Assembly: GCA_947454155.1 (NCBI GenBank)
Contig: CANGIT010000013.1
Coordinates: forward strand, 27,495-91,494
DNA: 64,000 bases
Direction: 5' to 3'
Source: Chitinophagaceae bacterium
GTDB taxonomy: Bacteria > Bacteroidota > Bacteroidia > Chitinophagales > Chitinophagaceae
Shown: positions 54,313-64,000 of the stretch, one piece after another
How positions within the stretch are numbered: position 1 is the stretch's first letter
How the letters are laid out: every line of letters starts with the position of its first letter
Notes under the pieces: model-generated
Database searches by the model: none
Told to the model about the DNA's origin: nothing
The model's input: only the letters and a program-made list of their open reading frames with translations
Program-made: the position numbers and the translations under genes

Positions 54313-54945
54313 TTATAGGTTGTCATATACATAAAGAGGGTCAATCGCCGAACCCGGCTCCATTTCACATACTGGCTTGATGATGCCATCATTTAATCCA
54401 TATACCCAACCATGTAATTGCGGACCATTCTGATGTTTCCAGGCCTTTTGAATAATAGAAGTTTTGGCCAGATTCATCACCTGTTCTTTCACGTTCAGTT
54501 CAACCAGTTTGTTGGTTTTATTTTCTTCGGTGATTTCATTTTCAATTTCATCTTTGTGAATACGATAAATGTCTTTGATGTTTCGCAGCCATTTGTTGAT
54601 GATACCCAAAGAATGATTGCCCATGGCGGCCCGTATGCCACCGCACCCATAGTGTCCGCAAACAATGATGTGTTTTACTTTAAGCACATCCACAGCATAT
54701 TCAAGAACACTGAGTAAGTTGATGTCTGTATGAACAACCATGTTGGCGATATTGCGGTGTACAAAAATTTCGCCTGGTTGAGTGCCTGTTATCTTGTCTG
54801 CGGGTACACGACTGTCGCTGCAGCCAATCCATAAAAACTCTGGTGTTTGAATTTCAGAAAGCCTTGAAAAAAATTCAGGATCTATTTGAATCTGAGCTTC
54901 TGCCCAGGATTTGTTTTCGCGCAGCAGTTTTTCGTATGAGGTCAT
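54313..54945 (-). CDS. can: Beta-class carbonic anhydrase
   Basis: IGCSDSRVP, HRNIAN, CGHYGCGG. Confidence 0.95.
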   Translation of the reverse strand: MTSYEKLLRENKSWAEAQIQIDPEFFSRLSEIQTPEFLWIGCSDSRVPADKITGTQPGEIFVHRNIANMVVHTDINLLSVLEYAVDVLKVKHIIVCGHYGCGGIRAAMGNHSLGIINKWLRNIKDIYRIHKDEIENEITEENKTNKLVELNVKEQVMNLAKTSIIQKAWKHQNGPQLHGWVYGLNDGIIKPVCEMEPGSAIDPLYVYDNL

Positions 54946-54993
54946 TATAATTATTGTTTTTGTTGAAAAAAGGCGCTACTTCAATTTTCTGTA

Positions 54994-55749
54994 TTAAATA
55001 TTCATACCACCGCAAACACTGATGGTTTGTCCGGTAATATAACAACCCATATCTGAAGCCAAAAACAGACAAGTGTTGGCGATATCTTCGGCACTGGCAA
55101 ATTTCCCCAAAGGAATCATGGCTTTGTATTTATCCGCACTATCACCTTCTTTCAGATAACTGGTCATGTCGGTTTCTACAAAACCTGGCGCAACTGCATT
55201 ACAGCGAATGTTTCGGCTGCCTAATTCTTTTGCAACGCTTTTGGTGAAGCCAATCACACCGGCTTTGCTGGCCGCATAACTTCCTTGTCCGGCGTTTCCC
55301 ATTTCGCCAATCACACTGCTCATGTTGATGATGCTTCCTTGGCGTGCCTTCATCATAGGTTTGATCACCTGCTTAGTCATATTGAAAACACTGTTCAGGT
55401 TCACTTGCATCACTTCGTTCCATTGTTCGAAACTCATGCGCAATAAAAGATTGTCTTTTGAGATACCCGCATTGTTGACAAGAATATCCACTTGTCCAAA
55501 ATCGGTCAAAACTTCATTGGTAAAACTTTCACAGGCTGCATAGTCGGCGGCATTGCTTTGATAGGCTTTTGCTTTTACGCCCATCGCTTCCAGCTTTTCT
55601 ACCAAACTAGCGGCTTTGGCTTGGCTGCTGTCGCTTACATAAGAGAAGGCGATGTGTGCACCTTGTTCGGCAAATTTGATAGCTACAGCTTCTCCGATAC
55701 CTCTGGCGGCTCCGGTGATGATGGCAACTTTTCCTGCTAATAGTTTCAT
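54994..55749 (-). CDS. fabG: 3-oxoacyl-ACP reductase
   Basis: ITGAARGIG, NNAGISKDNLL, YAASK, NAVAPGF. Confidence 0.9.
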   Translation of the reverse strand: MKLLAGKVAIITGAARGIGEAVAIKFAEQGAHIAFSYVSDSSQAKAASLVEKLEAMGVKAKAYQSNAADYAACESFTNEVLTDFGQVDILVNNAGISKDNLLLRMSFEQWNEVMQVNLNSVFNMTKQVIKPMMKARQGSIINMSSVIGEMGNAGQGSYAASKAGVIGFTKSVAKELGSRNIRCNAVAPGFVETDMTSYLKEGDSADKYKAMIPLGKFASAEDIANTCLFLASDMGCYITGQTISVCGGMNI

Positions 55750-55903
55750 GTGATGTCGTTTTTAATTTTGGTTGTCAGAAAGTTTCATTGTTATCGCTGT
55801 TTGTTTACGACGGAAAAAAATCAATAGAAAACAAATGAACGATCAAACATATTGAAGCAAAAGTAAGCTTGAAGCAGGAGATAAAAAAGAAATGAAAAGA
55901 ATA

Positions 55904-57415
55904 TCATCTGTTGTGGATGGCCAGCACTTCATGGATTATATTTCTTTCGTTGCTGAGTCGTGGTATTTTGTGTTGACCACCGATGCGGCCTTTACTTTGC
56001 AGCCATTTATTGAATGTTCCTTTTTGCAAGGCAAGAATTTTTGGCGGCCCTAATGCGATATCCTTGTGTCTTTTGGCTTCATAATCGCTATTGATGGTTT
56101 TTAATGCGTGGTCGAGACGGTCTCTAAAAAAGACCAGGTCTTTCGGTTCTTTTTCAAATTCAATCAGCCATTCGTGTGCTCCATTGTTTTCGTCGGAGAA
56201 ATAGATGGGAGCCGCTGTATAATCGGTAACGATGGCTCCGCTTTCTTTGGCGGCAAGGCTGATGGCCTTGTCGGTATTATCTACAATCACTTCTTCGCCA
56301 AACGCATTGATATAATGTTTTAACCTTCCGGTTACTTTGATTCGATAAGGATTGATGGAGGTGAACTTTATCGTGTCTCCCACAAGGTATCGCCAAAGTC
56401 CACCTGTTGTGCTGATGACAAGCGCATAATTTTTTCCTAATTGCACCTTGTCTAAACCTATTGTTGATGGGTGGGGTTTTCCATATTCTTCTACCGGTAA
56501 AAACTCGTAGAAGATGCCGTGTTCTGTAAAAAGTTTCATACCGTCATCTTCTGGCTTGTCTTGTCCGGCAAAAAAACCTTCACTGGCGTTGTAAATTTCG
56601 AGATAGCTGATCGGGCCTCCGATTATTTTTTCAAATTGCTCTCGGTAAGGGACAAACGAAACGCCTCCGTTGATGTAGAGTTCAAGGTTGGGCCAAACCT
56701 CTTTGATTGTTTTTTTCTTTTTGATTTCCAATATTCGCTTCAGCAGTAAAAGCGTCCATGTGGGAACGCCGGCAAGAGAAGTAACATTTTCTTCTGAGGT
56801 GGTTTGCGCCAGTTTTTCCAGCTTTTCGCCCCAGTCGTCCAGCAGAGCAACAGAGAGTTCTGGCGTTCGAAGCCATTGACCCCAAAATGGTGTGTTTTGC
56901 ATCAATACGGCACTTAAATCACCGTATTGAATTTCATCGTTCAGCTGATTGACCTGATGAGAGCCGCCTATAACGAGTCCCTTTCCGGTGAGCAGGTCGC
57001 TGGATGGAAAATTATTGTAGTAGCTGGTCAATACGTCTTTGCTGGCTTTGAAATGATTTTCCTGTAAGCTTTCTTCACTAACCGGAATGAATTTGCTTTT
57101 CTTTCCGCTGGTGCCACTGCTTTTCGCAAACCATTTCACCGGCGTGTTCCACAACACATTGTCTTCCCCCTCCATCATTCTCTCGATATAAGGCAGAAGG
57201 TCTTCATATTCATGGATGGGAACTTTTAGTTTGAACTCTTTGACAGAAAAAAGAGAGGAGAAATTGTATTTTTTTCCAAAATCTGTGTACTGTGCCGCAG
57301 ACACCAGGTCCTGCAATACTTCACGCTGACTGGCCACGGGATGGTTGGTCCAGTTTTTAATGCGCCATACACGCATGCGAGCCAGTTTTGATATCGCAGG
57401 AGAAAGCAGTTTCAT
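55904..57415 (-). CDS. GH3 auxin-responsive-promoter family acyl-adenylate enzyme
   Basis: AKSSGTSG, YNASEGFF, WRYLVGDTI. Confidence 0.88.
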   Translation of the reverse strand: MKLLSPAISKLARMRVWRIKNWTNHPVASQREVLQDLVSAAQYTDFGKKYNFSSLFSVKEFKLKVPIHEYEDLLPYIERMMEGEDNVLWNTPVKWFAKSSGTSGKKSKFIPVSEESLQENHFKASKDVLTSYYNNFPSSDLLTGKGLVIGGSHQVNQLNDEIQYGDLSAVLMQNTPFWGQWLRTPELSVALLDDWGEKLEKLAQTTSEENVTSLAGVPTWTLLLLKRILEIKKKKTIKEVWPNLELYINGGVSFVPYREQFEKIIGGPISYLEIYNASEGFFAGQDKPEDDGMKLFTEHGIFYEFLPVEEYGKPHPSTIGLDKVQLGKNYALVISTTGGLWRYLVGDTIKFTSINPYRIKVTGRLKHYINAFGEEVIVDNTDKAISLAAKESGAIVTDYTAAPIYFSDENNGAHEWLIEFEKEPKDLVFFRDRLDHALKTINSDYEAKRHKDIALGPPKILALQKGTFNKWLQSKGRIGGQHKIPRLSNERNIIHEVLAIHNR

Positions 57416-57540
57416 CTAGTTTCGGTTGGAAACAACAGGTTAAAGCTATTCTTGTGAGCTTTTAAACGTATGATTGTTTCACACAACGAAAGATAAAAAA
57501 TAAAAATCTTATTTAAACACTGATATGAATTAGTGGAAAA

Positions 57541-58308
57541 CTAATTCTGTTGAGAAGCCTGTTCGTGCAGATAATCTTTTCTTTTCAGTTCGAAATTTCT
57601 GCCCAGATATAGACGTCTAACCTGTTCATCATCGGCCAGTTCCTGAGCGGTGCCATGTTTAAAGATCTTGCCATCTATCAATAAATAAGCCCTGTCGCAA
57701 ATGGAAAGCGTTTCATTTACATTATGATCGGTAATCAGGATGCCGATGTTTTTATATTTTAGTTTGGCGATGATTTCCTGAATGTCTTCCACGGCTATAG
57801 GATCCACGCCGGCAAAGGGCTCGTCGAGTAGAATGAATTTGGGATCTACGGCAAGGGCTCTGGCTATTTCGGTTCTGCGTCGTTCGCCTCCGCTTAAGGT
57901 GTCGCCATTGTTTTTTCTTACATGTTGAAGCCGGAACTCATTCAGTAAAGATTCCAGCTTATCTTTCTGTTCCGCTTTGGACAATTTTGTCATTTCCAAA
58001 ACCGCAGTGATATTGTCTTCCACGCTCAGTTTTCTGAATACACTCGCTTCCTGAGGTAAATAGCCGATGCCCAGCTGGGCTCTTTTGTACATGGGTAATT
58101 GGGTGATATTGATATCACTCAGGAAAACTTCACCACTGTCGGATTTTACCAAACCCACCACTTGGTAAAAAGAGGTCGTTTTTCCTGCACCGTTAGGTCC
58201 AAGCAGACCTACAATCTCGCCCTGGCTCACCTCAAAAGAAACATCATTGACCACCTTGCGACTGCCGTATGTTTTGATGAGATTTTTTGTGTGGATGGTA
58301 AGTGCCAT
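57541..58308 (-). CDS. lptB: LPS export ABC transporter ATPase
   Basis: [46 protein letters not shown]. Confidence 0.95.
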   Translation of the reverse strand: MALTIHTKNLIKTYGSRKVVNDVSFEVSQGEIVGLLGPNGAGKTTSFYQVVGLVKSDSGEVFLSDINITQLPMYKRAQLGIGYLPQEASVFRKLSVEDNITAVLEMTKLSKAEQKDKLESLLNEFRLQHVRKNNGDTLSGGERRRTEIARALAVDPKFILLDEPFAGVDPIAVEDIQEIIAKLKYKNIGILITDHNVNETLSICDRAYLLIDGKIFKHGTAQELADDEQVRRLYLGRNFELKRKDYLHEQASQQN

Positions 58309-58506
58309 GCGTTTTTTTACAAAAATAAACGTTGTTATCCACTAAAATCAAATAGTTGAAATAGTTGCAAAAATAAATGTGCGTAATAATGAACATTCTT
58401 TGATATTTTTTTCAATAGGTTTTATCTTTACTAACCATTCATCTACTTCATAAGATATTTTTTAAGATAAAATGATTCTTGAGGTGTTTGATTAAAACAG
58501 AAAAAA

Positions 58507-59460
58507 ATGAAAGTTACCGAACACATCCAACAAGCTTCTGATACGTTGATCTCTTTTGAAATATTACCTCCGTTGAAAGGAAAAGGAATCCAGTCGTTAT
58601 ACGACCATCTGGACCCCTTGATGGAATTCAAGCCTTCATTTATCAACGTCACGTATCATCGCAGCGAACATTCTTTTAAAAAAAGGGCGGATGGCAGTTT
58701 TGAAAAAGTGGTGGTAAGAAAAAGGCCAGGAACGGAATCGATTTGTGCGGCCATCATGAATAAATACAATGTAGATACGGTTCCGCACCTTATTTGTGGA
58801 GGTTTCAGTGTAAGTGAAACTGAAGACGCATTAATCAATCTTAATTATTTAGGGATAGACAATGTACTCGTACTAAGAGGCGATGCGGCCAAAAACGAAA
58901 CAGCTTTTGAGGCCGAGCCGGGTGGACATAAGTATGCGTTGGATTTATTGAAACAGGTTACCAATCTTAATTCGGGTATTTATTTGGAAGAAGATCTTAA
59001 AAATACAACCAAGACCAAGTTTTGTATTGGTGTGGCCGGATATCCCGAAAAGCATTTTGAAGCCCCCAACATGGAGAGCGATTTGAAACACCTGAAAGCC
59101 AAAGTGGATGCCGGTGCAGATTATATCATTACTCAAATGTTCTTTGATAATGCAAAATATTTTGCTTTTGTAAATGCCTGTCGGGAAATTGGAATTACCG
59201 TGCCCATCATACCGGGACTCAAACCTATTTATACCAAAAAGCAATTAACCATACTGCCTAAGACTTTCCACATTGATTTGCCAACGCCTTTGACAGAAGC
59301 GGTAAATGCCTGCAAGTCGGATCTTGATGTTGAAAAAATTGGTGCCGAATGGTTATTGGAACAGTCAAAAGAGCTTAAAAAGGCCGGAGTTCCTGTGTTG
59401 CATTTTTATACTTTGGGTCGTCCGTTGCTGGTGGCCGGAGTTGTAAAGCAATTGTGCTGA
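58507..59460 (+). CDS. metF: 5,10-methylenetetrahydrofolate reductase
   Basis: SFEILPP, VPHLICGG, LRGD, AGYPEKH, ITQMFFD, HFYTL. Confidence 0.94.
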   Translation: MKVTEHIQQASDTLISFEILPPLKGKGIQSLYDHLDPLMEFKPSFINVTYHRSEHSFKKRADGSFEKVVVRKRPGTESICAAIMNKYNVDTVPHLICGGFSVSETEDALINLNYLGIDNVLVLRGDAAKNETAFEAEPGGHKYALDLLKQVTNLNSGIYLEEDLKNTTKTKFCIGVAGYPEKHFEAPNMESDLKHLKAKVDAGADYIITQMFFDNAKYFAFVNACREIGITVPIIPGLKPIYTKKQLTILPKTFHIDLPTPLTEAVNACKSDLDVEKIGAEWLLEQSKELKKAGVPVLHFYTLGRPLLVAGVVKQLC

Positions 59461-59614
59461 TAAGCCAAATCTTTGAAAACCTTATCATTTTTTGTAATTA
59501 AAGTTTTTTCAGAAGAGTACCCGAAAGCAAATAATAGATATCTTTCGGCAGTATCTTTTATTGTTTATCATATTATCAGAAAGGGCGAAGATTGGCTTAA
59601 AAAAAATCGCATGT

Positions 59615-60805
59615 ATGAAACCATCACAGAAACTTGCTTTTATCGTCAAATCATTCATTCTTTTTCTGTTTCCCCTTACACTATTTGCCCAACCCAGGCG
59701 AGGTCCCGACGTAACAGGCGCCTGGACCGGCTATGTAAAGACCAGAGATAAAAAAATTACCTATGAGGCGGTGATTACCAGAAACGGTGAAGAACTGACC
59801 GGTTACTCCAAGATCATTTTTGAAAACAAAGGAGAAGAAACCTACGCTATCAAATCTTTATCAATCAGCATTCAGGACGACAAATACATTCTTGAAGAAG
59901 ACAGTTTGTTGTTTGATAATTTTAAAGACGAAGCGCCTAGAAAAATAAAACAAGTCAACACGCTGGATTTGCAGATTGGCACCAAGAAAATGCTTTTTTC
60001 CGGCACCTTTAAAACAAAGGCAACAATGGGGCTCAAGGCGGCAACGGGCGAAGTGAGTTTACAAAAATCCATTGTGCCCGATTCATCTTTGTTGTTTGTA
60101 GAACTAGGTTCAATGGGCATCAAAGAGAATCTCTCGTTTGTAAAAGAAGCCAAAGAAGCCGAAAGGGTAGCAAAAATAGAACAGCAAAAAAAAGACTCAT
60201 TGGCTGCCATTGCGGCAATGGTAAAAGCAGAAGTGCCACCTCCGCCACCTGCTCCTAAGCCTGCACCCCCGGTAATCAAACCGGTCCCTGTGGTAGCAAA
60301 AGTATCTACGCCGGTAGCAACGCCGTCTCCGGCACCATCACCAACCGCTCCTCCCAAACCGGCGGCGGCAAAACCCACACCACCTCCAGTGGTTGTCAGA
60401 ACACAAAAACCCATGCCCATTGCGGGTGTTGAAGTGGCTTCCAACATCAACAAAAGAGAGCTAGAAATGATTCAGACGGTAACCTATCATACAGATAGTT
60501 TGATTTTCACGCTATATGATAATGGAGAGGTGGATGGAGATACTGTTAGTGTTGTGGTGAATGGCAGGGTTTTCATGGGCAAAAAAGGTTTGAGTACGCA
60601 ACCCGTAACGGAAACTCTTTATATCACTCCGGATTTGGGCGACTCGCTGCAGGTGGTGATGTATGCCGAATCGTTAGGAACCATACCCCCCAATACGGGC
60701 TTGCTTATTGTACAGGATGGAAGAGACCGACATGAAATCAGGTTTTCGGGAGATTTGAAAAAAAATGCCGCCATTACTTTCCATAAGCGAAAACAGGAAG
60801 AATAG
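59615..60805 (+). CDS. Hypothetical exported two-domain protein with Pro/Ala-rich linker
   Basis: Likely start ATG 59615; signal peptide; Pro-rich segment at about 60230-60420; C-terminal YDNGEVDGD...LGTIPPNT domain. Confidence 0.75.
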   Translation: MKPSQKLAFIVKSFILFLFPLTLFAQPRRGPDVTGAWTGYVKTRDKKITYEAVITRNGEELTGYSKIIFENKGEETYAIKSLSISIQDDKYILEEDSLLFDNFKDEAPRKIKQVNTLDLQIGTKKMLFSGTFKTKATMGLKAATGEVSLQKSIVPDSSLLFVELGSMGIKENLSFVKEAKEAERVAKIEQQKKDSLAAIAAMVKAEVPPPPPAPKPAPPVIKPVPVVAKVSTPVATPSPAPSPTAPPKPAAAKPTPPPVVVRTQKPMPIAGVEVASNINKRELEMIQTVTYHTDSLIFTLYDNGEVDGDTVSVVVNGRVFMGKKGLSTQPVTETLYITPDLGDSLQVVMYAESLGTIPPNTGLLIVQDGRDRHEIRFSGDLKKNAAITFHKRKQEE

Positions 60806-60911
60806 CCGAGAGCCATTGATAGGTGTTCCCTGAAAAAAATATTTCAACGCTTGACAATAAAAAAAACCATTGCTACGTTATTTATGCAATCCTGTATAAA
60901 AACCGTACAAA

Positions 60912-61241
60912 ATGGCAAAACTTACAATCCAACAAGAAGTGTTATTGGTTAATGGCACTCAATTTGCAAACCGTCAATACGTAGAAAAGTCAAGATCTGA
61001 AACCAAAGACAACTATCTCCATCAACACGAAAAGCTTAAAGAAGCCTGCTGGAATGGCTTGTTGAAAGACATTATTCCCGAATTGTTTTTTGTTTTTGGG
61101 CCCGATTCCAAATTATATCTCTGGCAAATGAGAGAGTGTGAAAACATGCTCACGCTGGAAATGTCGGAAAAACCCACCGAGCTAGATTTTTATGCCTCCA
61201 TCGACCCGTATTGTTTCATGGAGATTCAAGAGTACAATTAA
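60912..61241 (+). CDS. Hypothetical protein, 109 aa
   Basis: ATG-started ORF with A-rich leader, followed by a terminator. Confidence 0.7.
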   Translation: MAKLTIQQEVLLVNGTQFANRQYVEKSRSETKDNYLHQHEKLKEACWNGLLKDIIPELFFVFGPDSKLYLWQMRECENMLTLEMSEKPTELDFYASIDPYCFMEIQEYN

Positions 61242-61264
61242 TTTATTTCTTCTCATATGCGTAT

Positions 61265-61293
61265 AAAAAACCCCGGATTCTTCCGGGGTTTTT
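61265..61293. terminator. Bidirectional intrinsic terminator
   Basis: A6-CCCCGG-attctt-CCGGGG-T5. Confidence 0.85.
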
Positions 61294-61812
61294 GTTTATG
61301 GCTTCGTTGAAAGTTGTCGTTAGTATCGGACATAGGAATTGGAAGCCGGGTTCTTTTCAAGGGATAGGTTGGATTGGAAAATTGAGTTGATCATGGGATA
61401 ACGGAATTAAGGGGTTGGATTTTTAATAGAATCAGGACAATTGGGTTTTAATAAGGATTGGATAGTTGGTTTTCTTAGGATTTGAATCGATTGGTTTTTT
61501 AAATGATATTGGATTTCTTAGCGGCCTATCTGATGTAAAAATAATACCCCGCACATCGCAATACAAATATTGAGTTCTTCTTGTTTTCAAATTCGGTCTT
61601 TTCACTTTGATTCATTAAGTAGAGCTACGTACTGTTTATGATTTGCCCAAACAAATCGCATGATTCCTATCAAAAATCAACATCTATTTGCGTAACGACA
61701 CGAATATGAATTGGTATTGCAAATCGAGCATAAACAATGATTATAAATTTACTTTAGTGATGATTTATGTCATTTGACAACTATCAACGGCTCTATATTT
61801 TGCCAATATATT

Positions 61813-62496
61813 ATGAACGATGATTTTTTGATGCACAGGCATCCGTTAATTAAGGGGGAGCTTTTGGATGCTTATTTAGCTAATGGCTGGTATCGTTATG
61901 GTGCTCATATTTTTACCATCAAAACTTTTTCCGAGGCAGGCAGGGAATATGACGTTCACTGGCTGCGATATAATGTAGATAAGATAGATCTAAAAAGCGA
62001 GCATCAGAAAATAATTACAGCCAACTCTTCTTTTCATATCGTTATCAAACCTTTTGTTTTAAATCAGGAAATTGAAGATCTCCACGATTTGTATTATGAC
62101 AGTATTGATTTCATGACCACCCGAACCATAAGAGATTTGCTCGAAGATGATGAGCGTTCTGTTTTTGACACTTACATGATAGAAATCAGAGACAACGGCT
62201 TGCTGATTGCTGCCGGAATTTTTGATGCCGGAGCGGAAAGCATTGCAGGCATTAAAAACATTTTTCACCCGGCTTATCGAAAATATGCCCTGGGAAAAAT
62301 GCTCATGCTCTTAAAATACAGGTTTTGTAAAAGAACAGGTTTAAAATGGTATTACCCCGGTTATATAGCCCCGGGGTTTAAAAAATTCGACTACAAATTA
62401 TTTCTCGACAAAAGAGCCACCGAAGTATTTGACACTGAAAACAAAAACTGGATAAGATTTTCTGCATTTAAGCAACAAAATGGCATCACTCTTTAA
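61813..62496 (+). CDS. Arginyl-tRNA--protein transferase (ATE/Bpt)-like aminoacyl transferase
   Basis: LDAYLANGWYR, LIAAGIFD, YALGK, WYYPGY, KFDYK; likely start ATG 61813. Confidence 0.75.
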   Translation: MNDDFLMHRHPLIKGELLDAYLANGWYRYGAHIFTIKTFSEAGREYDVHWLRYNVDKIDLKSEHQKIITANSSFHIVIKPFVLNQEIEDLHDLYYDSIDFMTTRTIRDLLEDDERSVFDTYMIEIRDNGLLIAAGIFDAGAESIAGIKNIFHPAYRKYALGKMLMLLKYRFCKRTGLKWYYPGYIAPGFKKFDYKLFLDKRATEVFDTENKNWIRFSAFKQQNGITL

Positions 62497-64000
62497 CAAA
62501 AGAGCCTTCTATTACAGTGCCATCATTACCCCTGAATTTGATATAGTAAATACCAGAATTCCAGGCAGAAATATTGAAATACAGCCCATTCTTACCTTTT
62601 TCCAACATTACTTTCCTTTTGTTCATTATTACTCCGTTTTCACCTAACACTACCAAATCTCCTGCAACACGAGCGTTGACATTACATTCAATTTTAACCA
62701 TATCACGAGCCGGAGAAGGGTTTGTTGAAATTTTTATTATGGCACCATAGTTTAAAAACAACACATCAGTCAGATGATATTGCCCGTCTCTGTCCCATTG
62801 TTTCAGGCGATAAAAATTATCAGATTCAGGATTCTCATCAATAAAAGAATAAAATTGACTATGACCACAGTTGCCATTGGGGGCCGAACTTTGGACGGTG
62901 CCGATGCTTTCAAAAGCCTTGCCGTTCGCGCTTCTTTCAATAGTATACTTATCACAATTGATTTCACAAGAAGAGGTCCATTGCAATAATGAGGTGTTGT
63001 TTTTTCTTTTTTCTGCCTTCCAGCCCGAAAGCACAACGGGCAAAACGCCACCGATAGGAATGTTTTGCGCATAAGACCGGTATTCAACTCCACGGTTTTC
63101 GTACCAAACAGCCACCGACTGACCATTAGCTGCTTTCGTAAATGCGAAACGACCTTTTTCTGCGCCAGTGAAGAGGTGGTTGAACTCAATTCGATACGGT
63201 TGCTTGTCCAATAAAAATCACCGTTACTGTTAAGCCTTGTGGCATAAATTTTATAGTTGACATCGTAACTCATCAAAAATGGTGCATCATTTACCAGCGA
63301 AAGCTCTCCGGTTTGTGTATCGTAATTGCTGCTTATGGGGTAAACTTCTTTTCCCTGAGGGTTAAGTAAAACGGTGCCACTGGTGGTGTCAAATTTTTGA
63401 ACATAGACACCATAAGCGGTTTGGGCAGGGTTGCTGTAGGTGGTAACCGACCAAATATAGGGAGAACTGTTGTCGTGTGCTATATTGGTGGTTTGTTGCT
63501 GAGGGTCGGCCCCGGTGGAATAAGAAGAAACCGGACTTCCATTAATCCCCCAAGGCAATGCGCCTGTTTCAGTGATTTTTTGTACATAGGCAAAGAACCT
63601 GCTACCGGAGGCAACATAATAACCAAAGTAAACTGTGTTACCATCGCCTAAAATGGAATAATATCTGGCGCCCGAAGAGGTGAGATTGGAAATTTGAACC
63701 GGTGCGGTCCAAATAGGAGCGCCCCCCGATGTGTAGCGTTGTGCATACAAGGTTGTTGAGATACCGAAGCTTCTTTTTTGAAAAACCAAGGTAAAATCTC
63801 CGTTTGCATTTGCAACTACCTGGGCTCTTGTCGTGTTGCTGGTTCCTACGGTCACTGCTGTAGGCGAGCTCCAGGCAAGTGTTCCAGAGCTGCTGATTTT
63901 TTGTATATAAGTAGTGGATGGGCTATTGTTGTTCCACGCCACCACCACTTCGTTTGTTTTTGTAATGGCCGGATAAGGCGCCAACCCTTCACCCAACACC
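62486..64000 (-). pseudogene. T9SS type A sorting domain protein split by a frameshift (5' end outside the window)
   Basis: The 62803-63999 frame carries the repeat body. The 62486-63211 frame carries its continuation (EKGRFAF...LPV..., FYRLKQ, NPSP...GIYYIK C-terminal domain). Frame switch near 63150-63180. Confidence 0.75.

Noticed and set aside
53774-58343. Isolated TTATCCACT boxes at 53774 and 58335
   Set aside because: Single one-mismatch boxes with no cluster or unwinding element; could be chance or minor DnaA regulation.
58309-58506. SAM riboswitch upstream of metF
   Set aside because: AT-rich divergent promoter region; no SAM-I or SAM-II core motifs seen.
59872-60453. 193-aa Gly/Ala-rich minus-strand ORF
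   Set aside because: Antisense shadow of the Pro-rich linker codons.

Overview
64 kb of a Bacteroidota chromosome, probably Chitinophagaceae-like (inferred from TAnnTTTG promoters, a T9SS cargo protein and IPExxxVDY/DUF2480-type genes). It is mostly housekeeping and accessory metabolism: SNF2 helicase, gcvT, PspC/PadR, feoB, selD-selU, rho, katG/oxyR, asnS, corA, nadA/nadD, ybeY, mnmG, fabG, lptB, metF. The window appears to contain the replication origin: a DnaA-box cluster with a DnaA-trio unwinding module at 42369-42920 and two parS palindromes at 47.6 kb, with no dnaA gene in the window. Other highlights: (i) an 18-bp perfect palindrome GCACGATTTAAATCGTGC in four copies arranged as two doublets, one just upstream of a lone IS200-like HUH transposase and one 22 kb away (REP/RAYT-like); (ii) a translationally coupled pair of non-canonical Ddl-like ATP-grasp ligases, one fused to a SET methyltransferase domain; (iii) a GGA/TCC-repeat candidate small RNA; (iv) two small ORFs below the ORF-track cutoff; (v) an active/degenerate amidohydrolase pair; (vi) a frameshifted T9SS cargo gene. 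No tRNA, rRNA or CRISPR array was seen. All family assignments come from motif recognition by eye; no database searches were run.
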